NCBI GenBank assembly: GCA_050174015.1
Contig: JBFXKG010000006.1
Span: 96,001-160,000 of the forward strand
Source: Candidatus Krumholzibacteriia bacterium
GTDB lineage: Bacteria > Krumholzibacteriota > Krumholzibacteriia > LZORAL124-64-63
DNA: 64,000 nt
Direction: 5' to 3'
A program made the translations under genes and the position numbers. Positions 31,541 to 42,178 of this stretch are shown piece by piece. Each line of letters opens with the position of its first letter. Position 1 is the first letter of the stretch. The notes under the pieces were generated by a model. The model made no database searches. It was not told where the DNA came from and saw nothing but the letters and a program-made list of their open reading frames with translations.

Positions 31541-31824
31541 TTTTTTCCCCCCATCGTTGACATGGGTCAACACATGGTCAGGCGAACGATTGGATGTGCT
31601 GTCCCCGGCGAGGCGACGCCGGAGGCACATGAACGGGCGACAAAGAAGTTCCCAGAGACTGTCGGCACGGACGATTCCGTGCAACCGAGCGAGACCTCCT
31701 CCAACGATGCAGACCACAAGGTGACGAGCGAACAAGCGTCAAGTGATTCAAGTGAACTGAGAGTGGAAAACAGAGACAGCGCACCTCAAGGGATGGGAAC
31801 AGTTTGTCTGTGAGTCGCTCTATT

Positions 31825-31853
31825 ACCTTATCCCAAATCCCGAGGGGAGTCAA
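31825..31853 (-). promoter_or_regulatory. Putative sigma70 promoter TTGACT-N17-TAAGGT, implying a leader of about 280 nt
   Basis: Just downstream of the glyS terminator, with AT-rich sequence upstream. Confidence 0.55.
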
Positions 31854-31882
31854 TAGTCTTTCTCAGAAAAAATATGATGCCT

Positions 31883-31918
31883 AAAAAACCGGACCGTCTG
31901 GTGAATTAGACGGCCCGG
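31883..31918 (-). terminator. Intrinsic terminator after glyS
   Basis: CCGGGCCGTCT/AGACGGTCCGG stem followed by TTTTTT on the minus strand. Confidence 0.75.
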
Positions 31919-31941
31919 CCTGCAGATTTGCATACGAAATT

Positions 31942-34134
31942 TCAAGAAGTTGCGGCCGCCATCTCCGTAAAATCACCATATCGCGCAAAAATTCCGTGAA
32001 TCTCCTTCAGGAACGCGGTCCTCAATAACCGCAATTCCTCCTCATCCACGTTGACCCTCACCGAATCGAAAAAATGATCAATACTTGGTCCCAGGGACGA
32101 AAGCTGGGCGAAAACGTCCGAATATCGCCCGTCCCTCTCCGCATCCGCCACGGTCCGGGCTGCCCCGGCGACCTTCCGGAGCAGATCGCATTCGGCTGCC
32201 TCCGTCAGGCCGGCGAACGATTCCCCGGCCGCCCCCTCGCCCCCCGCCAGCCACCGGTCCAGGCAGGCGTCGAGAGCCTCCACCGCCAGGACGTCGCCCT
32301 TGAGGATGTTCCGGCACCGCTTGAAGCCCGTGGCCACCATCTGGAAGTCCGGGTGGTCCCGGTATTCGGTCAGGGCCTGGATCCAGGCGAGGGCGTCCGT
32401 GGGGTCCCGCCAGCGGGCCGGCAGGACGGCGCGGACCACCTCGGGAACCGCTCCCTGGACCTCGGTGAAGTACCCCTCCATCCGGGCCCGGATGAAGTCG
32501 GCCAGTTCGCCGGCGGCCCGGGGAGAATCCCCGGCCGGGACGAACCCGGCGAAAGCCTCGAGGGCCCGGGCCAGGGCGGCCTCCAGATCCAGCCGCCACC
32601 CCCTGGCGACCAGGATCCGGATGACGGCCAGAACGTGCCGGCGCAGGGCGTAGGGGTCCTTGGCCCCGGTGGGTGCGAACCCGGCCAGCCAGCATCCCGC
32701 GACGGTATCCAGGCGGTCGGCCAGGGAAAGGCAACTGCTGACCGGGTCGGCGGGAAGCGATCCGCCGGCCGAACGGGGGGCGTAATGGCCCTCGATGGCG
32801 GCGCAGACCTCCGGGGATTCGCCCGCCAGTTCGGCGTACCGGGCGCCGATGAACCCCTCGAGCTTGGTGAACTCCTTGCCGTCCTTGATCATCTCGCTGG
32901 TCAGGTCGCTCTTGGCCAGCCAGGCGGCCCGGGCCAGGGCCCCGGGAGCCTCGGCTCCCAGTCCCAGACCTGCGGTCCACAGCCAGGGGGCCAGACGCTC
33001 CAGGCGCCGGCTCCTGTCCAGGACCGAGCCGAAGCCCTCCAGCCAGGTCACCGAAGCCAGGAGGGCCACCCGTTCGTCCGGCGACTTCTTCTGATCGAAT
33101 TCCCAGTAGAAGAGGGCGTCCGCCAGCCGGGCCCGCAGGACGCGCTCGTTGCCCGCGATGACGTTGGCGAGATGGTCCCGCCCCCCGTCCCTGACGGCGG
33201 CGAATCGGGGCAACAGGCCTCCCGTCCCCCGGTCCCGGACCGTGAAGTAGCGCTGGTGGCTCTTCAAGGCGGTCGTGACGACCTCGGCGGGCAGGACGGC
33301 GTAATCCTCGCTGTACGCGCCCAGGAATGGGGTGGGGTGCTCGCACAGGAACACCACCTCCTCCAGCAGATCCTCGTCCATGACCAGTTCGGCGGCGGGA
33401 TCGAAGGCGGCCAACTCGGCCGCCAGGCCCTCGAGGATCAGGGACCGCCGGCGGTTCTGGTCGACCACGACGCCGGCCTCGGCCAGGGCGTCCTCGTAGG
33501 TCTCGGGCGAGGCGATCTGCAGGTCCCGGCCTCCGGCCAGGGTGCGGTGCCCCCGGGTCAGACGCCCGGAAGCCAGGTAGTCGACCTTGAAGGCGACGAC
33601 GTCCTCGCCCAGCAGGGCGGCGATCCACTGCAGCGGCCGGGGATATTCCAGATCATGATCGCCCCAGCGCATGACCTTGCGGAACGGGAGCCCCAGGATG
33701 ATCCCCGGCAGGATCCCGGCCAGCACCTCGGCCGCCGGCAGCCCATCCTCCCGCTTACGGGCGACCAGGAACTCGCCCCGCTCGTCGCCGCCTCGCCCGC
33801 ATTCGGCCAGGGACACGCCCGCCTTCCGGGCGAACCCCTCCCCCGCGGGCGTGGGCTTCCCGTCCGGGCCGAAGGCGACGGACACCGGCGGACCCTTGAT
33901 CTCGATCTCCCGGTCGGGTTGCCTTGCCGCGAGCTTCCCCACGCGGACGGCGAGGCGCCGGGGAGTCGCCATGACGCGCCACTCGTCGGCCTGCAGATGC
34001 GCCCCGTCAAGGGCGGCCCTGAGCCCGGCCTCCAGTTCGGCCATGGATCCGGGGATGAACCTGGCGGGGATCTCCTCGCTGCCGATCTCCAGCAGGAAGG
34101 GCAGGGTCGCGGTTTCCTTGGGGTCGGGAGTCAT
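31942..34134 (-). CDS. glyS: Glycine-tRNA ligase beta subunit
   Basis: [49 protein letters not shown]. Confidence 0.97.
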   Translation of the reverse strand: MTPDPKETATLPFLLEIGSEEIPARFIPGSMAELEAGLRAALDGAHLQADEWRVMATPRRLAVRVGKLAARQPDREIEIKGPPVSVAFGPDGKPTPAGEGFARKAGVSLAECGRGGDERGEFLVARKREDGLPAAEVLAGILPGIILGLPFRKVMRWGDHDLEYPRPLQWIAALLGEDVVAFKVDYLASGRLTRGHRTLAGGRDLQIASPETYEDALAEAGVVVDQNRRRSLILEGLAAELAAFDPAAELVMDEDLLEEVVFLCEHPTPFLGAYSEDYAVLPAEVVTTALKSHQRYFTVRDRGTGGLLPRFAAVRDGGRDHLANVIAGNERVLRARLADALFYWEFDQKKSPDERVALLASVTWLEGFGSVLDRSRRLERLAPWLWTAGLGLGAEAPGALARAAWLAKSDLTSEMIKDGKEFTKLEGFIGARYAELAGESPEVCAAIEGHYAPRSAGGSLPADPVSSCLSLADRLDTVAGCWLAGFAPTGAKDPYALRRHVLAVIRILVARGWRLDLEAALARALEAFAGFVPAGDSPRAAGELADFIRARMEGYFTEVQGAVPEVVRAVLPARWRDPTDALAWIQALTEYRDHPDFQMVATGFKRCRNILKGDVLAVEALDACLDRWLAGGEGAAGESFAGLTEAAECDLLRKVAGAARTVADAERDGRYSDVFAQLSSLGPSIDHFFDSVRVNVDEEELRLLRTAFLKEIHGIFARYGDFTEMAAATS

Positions 34135-35015
34135 CCCTTCACCTCCTGTTTCAGCAGGGGGAAACCGAGGTCCTCCCGGCTCTTGACGTAGGCCTGGGCG
34201 GCCAGGCGCGCGAGGTTGCGCACCCTCGCGATGTAGCCCGTCCGTTCGGTCACGGAGATCGCCCCCCTGGCCTCAAGCAGGTTGAAAAGGTGGCTGCACT
34301 TGATGACGGCGTCGTAGCCGGGGAAGACCAGCCCCGCCGTCAGGAGCGTCCGCGCCTCGTTCTCCTTCTCGTCGAAGTGGCGCCGGTACATGGCCACGTC
34401 CGCGTGCTCGAAGTTGAAGGCGGAATACTCCCGCTCGAACTGGCCCATGACCTCGCCCCAGGTCACGCCCCCGCCCCAGACCAGGTCCTTCACGTGGTTG
34501 CAGCCCTGGATGAACATGCAGAGCCGCAGCAGACCGTAGGTCAGCTCCACCGAGACCGGCTTGCACTTGACCCCGCCGACCTGCTGGAAGTAGGTGAACT
34601 GGGACACTTCCATCCCGTCGAGCCAGACCTCCCAGCCCAGCCCGGCGGCCCCGAGGGTGGGGGACTCCCAGTCGTCCTCGACGAAGCGGATGTCGTGCTC
34701 GGCGGCCTTGATGCCCAGGGCGCCCAGGGATTCCAGGTAGAGCTCCTGGCTGTTGGCCGGGTTGGGCTTGAGGATGACCTGGTACTGGAGGAACTGGTGG
34801 ACCCGGTTGGGATTCTCCAGGTAGCGGCCGTCCTTGGGCCGCTTGCTGGGCTCCACGTAGGCCACCTTCCAGGGCTCCGGTCCCAGGGAGCGCAGGAAGG
34901 TGTTGGGATTGAAGGTCCCGGCTCCGACCTCGCTGTTGTAGGGCTGGACGATCACGCAGCCGTAATCGCTCCAGAACCTCTGGAGATTCGCGATCATCTC
35001 CTGGTAGGTCATCAT
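34131..35015 (-). CDS. glyQ: Glycine-tRNA ligase alpha subunit
   Basis: [45 protein letters not shown]. Confidence 0.98.
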   Translation of the reverse strand: MMTYQEMIANLQRFWSDYGCVIVQPYNSEVGAGTFNPNTFLRSLGPEPWKVAYVEPSKRPKDGRYLENPNRVHQFLQYQVILKPNPANSQELYLESLGALGIKAAEHDIRFVEDDWESPTLGAAGLGWEVWLDGMEVSQFTYFQQVGGVKCKPVSVELTYGLLRLCMFIQGCNHVKDLVWGGGVTWGEVMGQFEREYSAFNFEHADVAMYRRHFDEKENEARTLLTAGLVFPGYDAVIKCSHLFNLLEARGAISVTERTGYIARVRNLARLAAQAYVKSREDLGFPLLKQEVKG

Positions 35016-35022
35016 TCTCGGC

Positions 35023-35841
35023 TCAATCCTTTCGGTTCCTCAACAGGTCCAGGGCGGCCGGCAGGCGGTAGCCCGGCAGGTGGTAGCCCAGGAAGCCGTG
35101 CAGGACGGCTCCGATCTCCCGGCGCAGGGCACGGGGAAAATCCACGTCCTCCCCCACGGCCACCCTTCCGGCGGCCAGCAGGCGCAGGACGTCCAGCGCC
35201 GCGGCGCTGAGCGCCCGCCCGCCCCGGGCGTCCCCCTCGGGCCGGCAGGAAGCGCAGAGGATCCCCCCCGCCGCCAGGGCGAACTGGAGCGGCGCGCCTC
35301 CCTCTTCGGGATCGGCTCCGCAGGCGGCGCAGACCGCCACCTCGGGGGCCAGCCCGTGCAGCCGCAACAGCTCCCATTCCAGGGCGAAGAAGACCAGATC
35401 GGGGCGCCGGCAGGCCGGTGACGATAACACCCGGACGAAGTCCTCGCAAACCTCGAAGAGGCCCCCCGCGGGCCCTTCGCCCCCGGCCATGGGCCCGAAC
35501 GGATCCCGGGGCCGGCAGCGGTCGATGAGTTCGAGGGCTCCCAGCAGGAAGGCGGTCCGCTCGAGGTCGGGAGCGCAGGCCATGGGATCCAGGTTCACGG
35601 CCCCGCCCCGCAGGTACTGGAGTTCCCGGCCGGGCTCGAGGCCGAATTCCGCCGACACCAGCCGCCCCGGCTCCACCAGGGACCGCAGCGAGGACTTCGG
35701 GCGACGGGCGGCCTTTGCGATGACCTTCACGTACCCGTGGTCGCGGGTCAGCAGGGAGGCGATGACGCTGGTCTCGCCGCAGGGCCAGGACCGCAGGACC
35801 AGGGCGTCGCAGCTGACCGACGGCCTGGGCAACACGCTCAT
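35023..35841 (-). CDS. recO: DNA repair protein RecO
   Basis: [11 protein letters not shown]...[11 protein letters not shown]-fold pattern; CAAC...CASC zinc finger; position next to glyQ. Confidence 0.88.
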   Translation of the reverse strand: MSVLPRPSVSCDALVLRSWPCGETSVIASLLTRDHGYVKVIAKAARRPKSSLRSLVEPGRLVSAEFGLEPGRELQYLRGGAVNLDPMACAPDLERTAFLLGALELIDRCRPRDPFGPMAGGEGPAGGLFEVCEDFVRVLSSPACRRPDLVFFALEWELLRLHGLAPEVAVCAACGADPEEGGAPLQFALAAGGILCASCRPEGDARGGRALSAAALDVLRLLAAGRVAVGEDVDFPRALRREIGAVLHGFLGYHLPGYRLPAALDLLRNRKD

Positions 35842-37274
35842 GCCGGACTTCCGAAGATGTAGCGGAGGAAGGCCGTGGCGAGGCCGAGATAGACGAGCAA
35901 CCCGAAGACGTCGTTGAAAGTGGTGATGAACGGACCCGTGGCGACCGCCGGATCGACCCCCACCCGGTGCAGCAGCAGGGGAACGCCGGCGCCCACCATC
36001 GCCGCCATGAGGATGACCAGGAGCATGGCGACACCCAGCAGGATGGACAGCTGGAGGTTGTGGTGGATCAAGGTCGCGAGCAGCGAGATGGCCACGGCCA
36101 TCGCGGCGCCGGTCAGCATGGCGGTTCCCAGCTCCCGCAGCATGTGACGACCGAGCTGGAAGAAACCCAGTTCGCCCGTCGCCAGACCGCGAACCACCAC
36201 GGAGGAGGTCTGGATGCCCGTGTTGCCCCCCAGCGCCATGATCATGGGAATGTAGAAGGACAGCGCCACCATGGTCTGGAGGCTGGCTCCGAAATGGGAA
36301 AGGACGAGGACGGATCCCACTTCCCCCACCAGCGCCCCCACCAGCCAGGGCAGGCGCGACCGCGCCACGCGCAGGGAGGAATGCTCGCCGAACTCCTCGA
36401 CGCTCACGCCGGCCAGGCGCGAGATGTCCTCGGTCGCCTCCTCCTCGAGCACGTCCATGATGTCGTCGGCGGTGATGCGTCCCACCATCCGCATCTGGTG
36501 GTCCAGGACGGGCAGCGAGATCAGGTCGTGGGTCATGAAGAAGCCCGCCACCTCCTCCTGGTCCAGGTCCACCTCCACGTAGAGCGGGTCGGGCTCCATG
36601 ACGTCCTTGACGATGGCGTCGGGCGCGCAGAGCAGCAGCCGGGTCAGGGGCAGGCGGCCGGTCAGGCGGCCCCGGTCGTCCAGGGCGAAGACGAAGTGGA
36701 TGTCCTCCAGCTCGTCCTCGTCGAACAGGCGCAGCGCGGCGATCGCGGCGGCGATGGTCTCGGTCTCCCGGCAGGAGATGAACTCCTTGGCCATGAGGCC
36801 GCCGGCGGTCTCGGGCTCGTACTTCAGGAGGTCGGCGACTTCCCCCCGTTCCGTCTCCTCCATGGCGGCGAGGACCTCGGCCGCCTGCTCCCGGTCCAGT
36901 TCGCCGATGACGTCCGCAGCCTCGTCCGACGGCATCTCCTCCAGGATGTCGGCGATCTCGTCGATGTCCAGCAGGGTGAACAGCGCGCTCAGACTGCGGT
37001 TGTCGATCTCCCCGAGGACCTCGGCCAGGGGATCGGGAGGCAGGGTGCGCAGGATGCTGGCGGTCTCCTCCACGCCCAGGGGGCGGAGGATCTCAGAAAG
37101 GTCGCCCGGGGACAGCTCCAGGCACAGGTCCCTGACCTCCTCGGCCCGCCCGCCCGCGAGAAGTTCGAGCATCCTCAGCCCCAGGGCATGCCGTTCGGCG
37201 TCCAGGTTGCCGGGATCCAGGAGGCGCTCGTCGCTCCTCGATTCGGACTCGGGATCCCTGATCTCGTCGGTCAT
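35838..37274 (-). CDS. mgtE: Magnesium transporter MgtE
   Basis: MgtE_N region, TAGGLM, CBS pair, ARSRLPWL, GGNTGIQ, DPAVATGPFITT..D. Confidence 0.96.
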   Translation of the reverse strand: MTDEIRDPESESRSDERLLDPGNLDAERHALGLRMLELLAGGRAEEVRDLCLELSPGDLSEILRPLGVEETASILRTLPPDPLAEVLGEIDNRSLSALFTLLDIDEIADILEEMPSDEAADVIGELDREQAAEVLAAMEETERGEVADLLKYEPETAGGLMAKEFISCRETETIAAAIAALRLFDEDELEDIHFVFALDDRGRLTGRLPLTRLLLCAPDAIVKDVMEPDPLYVEVDLDQEEVAGFFMTHDLISLPVLDHQMRMVGRITADDIMDVLEEEATEDISRLAGVSVEEFGEHSSLRVARSRLPWLVGALVGEVGSVLVLSHFGASLQTMVALSFYIPMIMALGGNTGIQTSSVVVRGLATGELGFFQLGRHMLRELGTAMLTGAAMAVAISLLATLIHHNLQLSILLGVAMLLVILMAAMVGAGVPLLLHRVGVDPAVATGPFITTFNDVFGLLVYLGLATAFLRYIFGSPA

Positions 37275-37939
37275 GCCTTCACCTCCCGGCCGCCGGCATC
37301 GTCGCCGTCCGCCGCGACCTCGGCTTGGAACGTCCCGGCCACCGCCAGGGCCTGGCCCGCCGTCATGATCGCGCCTCCGGAGACCACCAGCTTGATGGCC
37401 TCCTCCACGGGAACGCCCAGCTCCCGGACCTGGTCCCGGGGGATCAGGAGCATGAATCCGGAGGTGGGATTGGGCGTGGTCGGCAGGAACACGTTCACCT
37501 GGGGATCAGCCGGTTCATCCCGGGTGACGAAACCCAGGGAGTACATGCCGGCCCGGGGATACTCGAAGATGACCACCTTCTGGAAGGCCGTCCGGCGGTC
37601 CTGAAGGAAGACCTCGGCCAGCTGCTTGGTGGCCGAGAACACGCTCTTGACCACGGGAATCCCGACGAAGAGCCGCTCCACCATCCGGAAGAAGGCCACG
37701 CCGATCACGTTGCGGGTGAAGATCCCCACCAGGACGATCAGCAGCAGGAAGACGGCGGCCCCGATGACGGTGAGGAAGAAGTCGGGATAGGCGTCGGTCA
37801 GCGCGGGGATGCGCTGCAGCCAGGGCTTCATGGTGGCGCTGACCATCAGGTAGAAGCGCCACAGGATCCAGGAGGTGATGGCCAGCGGCGATATGGCCAG
37901 CAGGCCCGTCAGGAAATGCTTCTGCAGGAATCGCAACAC
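37271..37939 (-). CDS. DUF502 domain-containing membrane protein
   Basis: FLTGLL..PLAIT, IPVVKSVF, EYPR, FLPTTPNPTSGF. Confidence 0.93.
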   Translation of the reverse strand: MLRFLQKHFLTGLLAISPLAITSWILWRFYLMVSATMKPWLQRIPALTDAYPDFFLTVIGAAVFLLLIVLVGIFTRNVIGVAFFRMVERLFVGIPVVKSVFSATKQLAEVFLQDRRTAFQKVVIFEYPRAGMYSLGFVTRDEPADPQVNVFLPTTPNPTSGFMLLIPRDQVRELGVPVEEAIKLVVSGGAIMTAGQALAVAGTFQAEVAADGDDAGGREVKA

Positions 37940-37990
37940 GGGGACTCACCTCCATTCCCACGGGCCGGAGAATCCGGGCCCGCGATCGGG

Positions 37991-39325
37991 TCATCGGTCA
38001 TCGGGACGCTCGACCTGGGCGAAGCCCGGCAAGGGGGCCGGCGCCTGCAACAGGACCCTGACGATGCGCTGGTCCGCGACGTCCTCCACGGTGATCGTCC
38101 AGTCCCCGACGGTGACCTCGTCGCCGGGCCGGGGCACGTTGCCCGCCGCCTCGTAGATCAGCCCGCCCAGGGTCTCGCTGGTCTCCCAGCCGTCCAGGCC
38201 TTCGAGGGGTATCCCCAGGACCTCGCTCAGGTCGTCGAGATCGATCTTGGGATCCAGGCGCAGGCTGCGCGCATCGAGCCAGGCGACGAGTTCCTCCTCG
38301 GGATCGAACTCGTCCTCGATCTCGCCCACGATCTCCTCGAGGACGTCCTCGAGGGTCACCAGCCCCGCGATCCCCCCGTACTCGTCGATCACCACCGCCA
38401 TGTGGATGCGCTGCTCCCGGAATTCGTCCAGGACCTCGTCGATCTTCTTGCTCTCGGGGATGAAGTAGGCCGGGCGCACCAGCTCCGCCAGCCTTTTCGG
38501 TTCGGAGGCGAACCGCCCCTCCCGGACCAGCTTGAGCAGGTCCTTGGAATACAGGATCCCGATCACCCGGTCCACGCTGCCCTGGTAGACGGGAATGCGG
38601 GAGTGTCCGCTGCTGATGACCTCCTCCAGCGAAGCGGCCACGTCGAGGTCCCCGTCCAGGATGACCATGTCGATGCGGGGGATCATGATCTCGCGCACGG
38701 CGGTGTCGTGGAAGGTGAAGATGCTCTGGATCATCTCCCGCTCGTCCTCGTCCAGGGTCGCGTTCTCCCCCTCCTCGGTGATCAGGCTGCGGATCTCGCC
38801 GGCCGACAGGTGGGGATGGGCTTCGGCCACCCACAGGGTGTCGTCCAGGCGGTTCATCACCGCGAGCATGAGCGAGGACCAGGGCCGCAGCAGCCAGCTG
38901 AAGGGATAGACCAGGGCGCCCACCGTCCGGGCGTAACCCAGGGCGGTTCCCGCGGCCAGCAGCTTGAACACCAGCCCGCCCAGGTACCAGCCCAGCAGGG
39001 CGGTGGCCGTGTACAGGCCGTAGAAGGCCGCGTCCAGCGCCCCGTTCCACATGGCCGCCAGCACCCTGCTCCAGGCGAAGCAACCGAGGACCGTCAAGGC
39101 CAGGTAGAGGGTTCCGATGGTCACCTGGAACCGGCGGTCGTCCTGGACGAAATCCCTCACCACCGGCCCCAGGGCGCCCGGCTCCAGCAGCCCGTTGCGG
39201 TAGAGGCCGAGCAGGCGGTAGTGGGCGGTCATCAATCCTCCCAGCAACATGGCCCCGAGCCAGCAGCCTGCAGCGAGCAGGATGGTTCCGGGCGCGCCGC
39301 TCAGCCAGGACGCGGTGCTCTCCAT
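37991..39325 (-). CDS. Hemolysin/CNNM (CorB-CorC, TlyC) family CBS-domain protein
   Basis: TM region, VREIMIPR, GHSRIPVY, VIDEYGG..GLVTLEDVLEEIVGEI, ETLGG. Confidence 0.92.
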   Translation of the reverse strand: MESTASWLSGAPGTILLAAGCWLGAMLLGGLMTAHYRLLGLYRNGLLEPGALGPVVRDFVQDDRRFQVTIGTLYLALTVLGCFAWSRVLAAMWNGALDAAFYGLYTATALLGWYLGGLVFKLLAAGTALGYARTVGALVYPFSWLLRPWSSLMLAVMNRLDDTLWVAEAHPHLSAGEIRSLITEEGENATLDEDEREMIQSIFTFHDTAVREIMIPRIDMVILDGDLDVAASLEEVISSGHSRIPVYQGSVDRVIGILYSKDLLKLVREGRFASEPKRLAELVRPAYFIPESKKIDEVLDEFREQRIHMAVVIDEYGGIAGLVTLEDVLEEIVGEIEDEFDPEEELVAWLDARSLRLDPKIDLDDLSEVLGIPLEGLDGWETSETLGGLIYEAAGNVPRPGDEVTVGDWTITVEDVADQRIVRVLLQAPAPLPGFAQVERPDDR

Positions 39326-39332
39326 GGACGGG

Positions 39333-39875
39333 TCAGCTCCTTTCCAGCAAGGGATGCGGCAGACCCACGATGGCCAGGCGACCGGCCTCCAGGGTCTGCA
39401 TCGCCGTGCGCAGGGCGGGATCATCGTGTTCCCACCCCAGGACGTGCAGGCAACCGTGAACGACCAGGAGATTGAACTCCGCCCGGGGATCCCAGCCTTC
39501 GGCCGCGCACCTGGCGGCCACGAAGGCCGGGGCGATGACGACTTCCCCGACGGGGTCCTCCCCGGAGCCGCCCGTACCCGACGACCACAGGTCGCCGGCG
39601 GCGCCCCTCTCCCCGGCGGTGAGGTCGGGGGGGCCGCTCCCCTCCCGGTCCAGGTAGGAAAAGGACAGGACGTCGGTCACGTCGGCGCCCCCGCGATAGC
39701 GGCGGTTGAGTTCGGTCATGGCATGGTCGCCGACCAGGACCAGGTTGACCGCCCAGTCGCGGACGCCCAGCCCGTCGATCGCCGGCGCGAGAGGGGCCGG
39801 CCAATCCGCCGGCGCCCCGTTCCAGGGCGCCGAACCCGCTCCGGCGGCGCGCCGGTCCACCAGCAGGAGCCTCAT
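39333..39875 (-). CDS. ybeY: Endoribonuclease YbeY
   Basis: LNRRYRG, TDVLSF, HGCLHVLGWEH; start MRLLLV at 39875. Confidence 0.93.
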   Translation of the reverse strand: MRLLLVDRRAAGAGSAPWNGAPADWPAPLAPAIDGLGVRDWAVNLVLVGDHAMTELNRRYRGGADVTDVLSFSYLDREGSGPPDLTAGERGAAGDLWSSGTGGSGEDPVGEVVIAPAFVAARCAAEGWDPRAEFNLLVVHGCLHVLGWEHDDPALRTAMQTLEAGRLAIVGLPHPLLERS

Positions 39876-42142
39876 GGGCGCACCTTGCGCTCGCCCCGCC
39901 GCTCGCCGCCGCCGGATTCCCGCTCCTTCTGTCCCGGATAGACGATCCGGGCATGGTGGATGCCGGTCAACAGGGGCACGAAGGAATCCCTGATCCGGGC
40001 CAGGTCGCTGAGGGTCAGGCCCGACTCGTCGAGTTCCCCGCTGAGCATCCGCTTGTCGAGGATCTGCTTGGTGATCTCCTTGATCCGGCTGGGCGTGGGC
40101 TTGCCCAGGGAACGGGCTGCCGCTTCGGTGGCGTCGGCCAGCATCAGGATCGCCGTCTCCCGCGAGCGCGGCTTGGGGCCCGGATACCTGAAGTCGTCCA
40201 CCTTGACGGTCTCGTTGCCCCCGGCCTCGATCGCCTTGTGGTAGAAGTACTCCATGATCATGGTCCCGTGGTGTTCCGGGATGAAGTCCAGCACCTGCTG
40301 GGGCAGGCGCCATTTCCTGCCCAGTTCGATCCCCTCCTTCACGTGGGAGGAGATGACCAGGGCGCTCATGCTGGGGCTCAGCTCGTCGTGCTTGTTCAGG
40401 TCCGGCCGCTGGTTCTCCACGTAGTACTCGGGCTTGAGCATCTTGCCGATGTCGTGGAACAGGGCTCCGACCCGCGTCAGCAGGGCGTTGGCGTCGACCG
40501 CACGGGCCGCATGTTCGGCCAGCTGGCCGACCACCTGGCTGTGGTGGTACGTGCCCTGGGCCTCCAGGGCCATGCGCTGGAGCAGGGGGTGGTTCAGGTC
40601 CGAAAGCTCCAGCAGGGTCAGGTCCGAGCACATCCCCACCAGAGGTTCGACCACCGGCAACAGGAACAGCCCGATCATCACCGAGAGCACGGGGGAGAAC
40701 ACCGCGACCAGCAGCAGACCCAGGCCCGGATCCCCCGCGCCCGCGTCGCCGCTGCGGGACACCAGGGTCAGCAGGACCGACAGGGCCGTCAGCAGCACGA
40801 AGGTCTGGTAGAACTGGCTGCGTTTCTGGATGCGCCGCACGCTGACCACCGTGACCATCCCCAGCACGAACCAGGTGAAGACCATGCCGCCGGAGATGTC
40901 GGGCAGCAGGGCCAGCAGGGAAAGGGCCAGGAGCGTCATGGTGTAGCCGACCTTGTCCCGGAACAGGACCGTGGCCAGCAGGGACAGCAGGACGATGGGC
41001 ACGGCGATGGGCCCGAGGAACGGGCGTCCCAGCGCCACGGCGGACCCGGCCAGGAACAGGGTCAGGATCACGGCCAGGGTGATGATGCTGCGGGGCCGCC
41101 GCATCTGCCTGGGAAAGTGGATCGCGCCGAGCCAGCCGAACAGGCCGATGGCGATGGCCACCACCAGGGCGCGCACCAGGTATCCCCCGGCGATCTTCAG
41201 CGCGTCCCCGCCGCCCCCGCGCGCCCGGATCTGCTGGGCGAGCTCCGCCAGGAACAGGGCCTGCCGGTCGGTGACCCTGACCCCCTGGTCGACGATCCGT
41301 TCCCCGCGGAAGAACTCGCGAGTCGTGGGCACCGACTGCCGGACCTGTTCCTGCCTCTGTCGCGTCTGGTCGGAGTCGTAGACGAGGTTCGGCGCCAGGA
41401 ACTGCCGCATGACCGAGGCGGCGTCCACGGCCTCGATGGGGGGCAGCCCGGCCCGGCGCAGCTCCCAGACCAGTTTCTCCTCCAGGTCGGCCTGCGTCAC
41501 GACCCGGTCCACGCGCACCCGCTGCTCCACCTGGTTCCTGAGGATCGTGAGGTGGTCGTACTTGCCCGCCGGCAACATGTCCACCAGTCCTCCGCTCAGG
41601 ATGCTGCGTCCGGCCGTGCGGATCTTCACGACCAGGGAGTCGCCCTGGCCCGAAGCCAGCAGCCGCAGCAGTTCACTCGAGTTGACGGTGGGGAACCGGA
41701 GAGTCAGCAGCTCCACCCGGGATGCCAGGGGGATGGTGTCGGCCACCGCCTCGGCCAGGGCCGTCAGCCAGAGGTCGAACCGGGCCTCCTGCCCCACGGC
41801 GGCGGCGCGCTGGAGTTCCATAAGGACCGGGGGCACCTCGACGACCTTCTCCAGCCGCTGCATCTGGACTTCCTGGTCCGGCAGCGGAGCCTCGAAGGGG
41901 AACGGGGCGCGGATCTCCTGCTCGGCGATGTCCCCGGCCTCGGGGAAGTCGATGTTGAACCGGGGAACCGGGGGGAAGAGGACCAGATGCAGGACCAGGA
42001 CCAGCAGGCCCAGGCCCCCCAGCCACCAGGGCGTCCGGCCGGGGAGCGCCGCCCCGGACCTGCTTCCCGCACGCAGAGGGGACCGCGGCTCCCGGCCGCC
42101 CGCAAGGCGGGCCATGATTTCACGAAACCGGAACCACAACAC
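39872..42142 (-). CDS. 7TM-HD (HDIG) phosphohydrolase, PgpH-like cyclic-di-AMP phosphodiesterase family
   Basis: Extracytoplasmic domain, multi-TM block, LLELSDLNHPLL, GTYHHS, HDIGK, HHGT, YPGPKP, MLAD. Confidence 0.92.
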   Translation of the reverse strand: MLWFRFREIMARLAGGREPRSPLRAGSRSGAALPGRTPWWLGGLGLLVLVLHLVLFPPVPRFNIDFPEAGDIAEQEIRAPFPFEAPLPDQEVQMQRLEKVVEVPPVLMELQRAAAVGQEARFDLWLTALAEAVADTIPLASRVELLTLRFPTVNSSELLRLLASGQGDSLVVKIRTAGRSILSGGLVDMLPAGKYDHLTILRNQVEQRVRVDRVVTQADLEEKLVWELRRAGLPPIEAVDAASVMRQFLAPNLVYDSDQTRQRQEQVRQSVPTTREFFRGERIVDQGVRVTDRQALFLAELAQQIRARGGGGDALKIAGGYLVRALVVAIAIGLFGWLGAIHFPRQMRRPRSIITLAVILTLFLAGSAVALGRPFLGPIAVPIVLLSLLATVLFRDKVGYTMTLLALSLLALLPDISGGMVFTWFVLGMVTVVSVRRIQKRSQFYQTFVLLTALSVLLTLVSRSGDAGAGDPGLGLLLVAVFSPVLSVMIGLFLLPVVEPLVGMCSDLTLLELSDLNHPLLQRMALEAQGTYHHSQVVGQLAEHAARAVDANALLTRVGALFHDIGKMLKPEYYVENQRPDLNKHDELSPSMSALVISSHVKEGIELGRKWRLPQQVLDFIPEHHGTMIMEYFYHKAIEAGGNETVKVDDFRYPGPKPRSRETAILMLADATEAAARSLGKPTPSRIKEITKQILDKRMLSGELDESGLTLSDLARIRDSFVPLLTGIHHARIVYPGQKERESGGGERRGERKVRP

Positions 42143-42178
42143 GGATCGATCCCGTCCTTCCCGTCAAGCCTCACGGCC

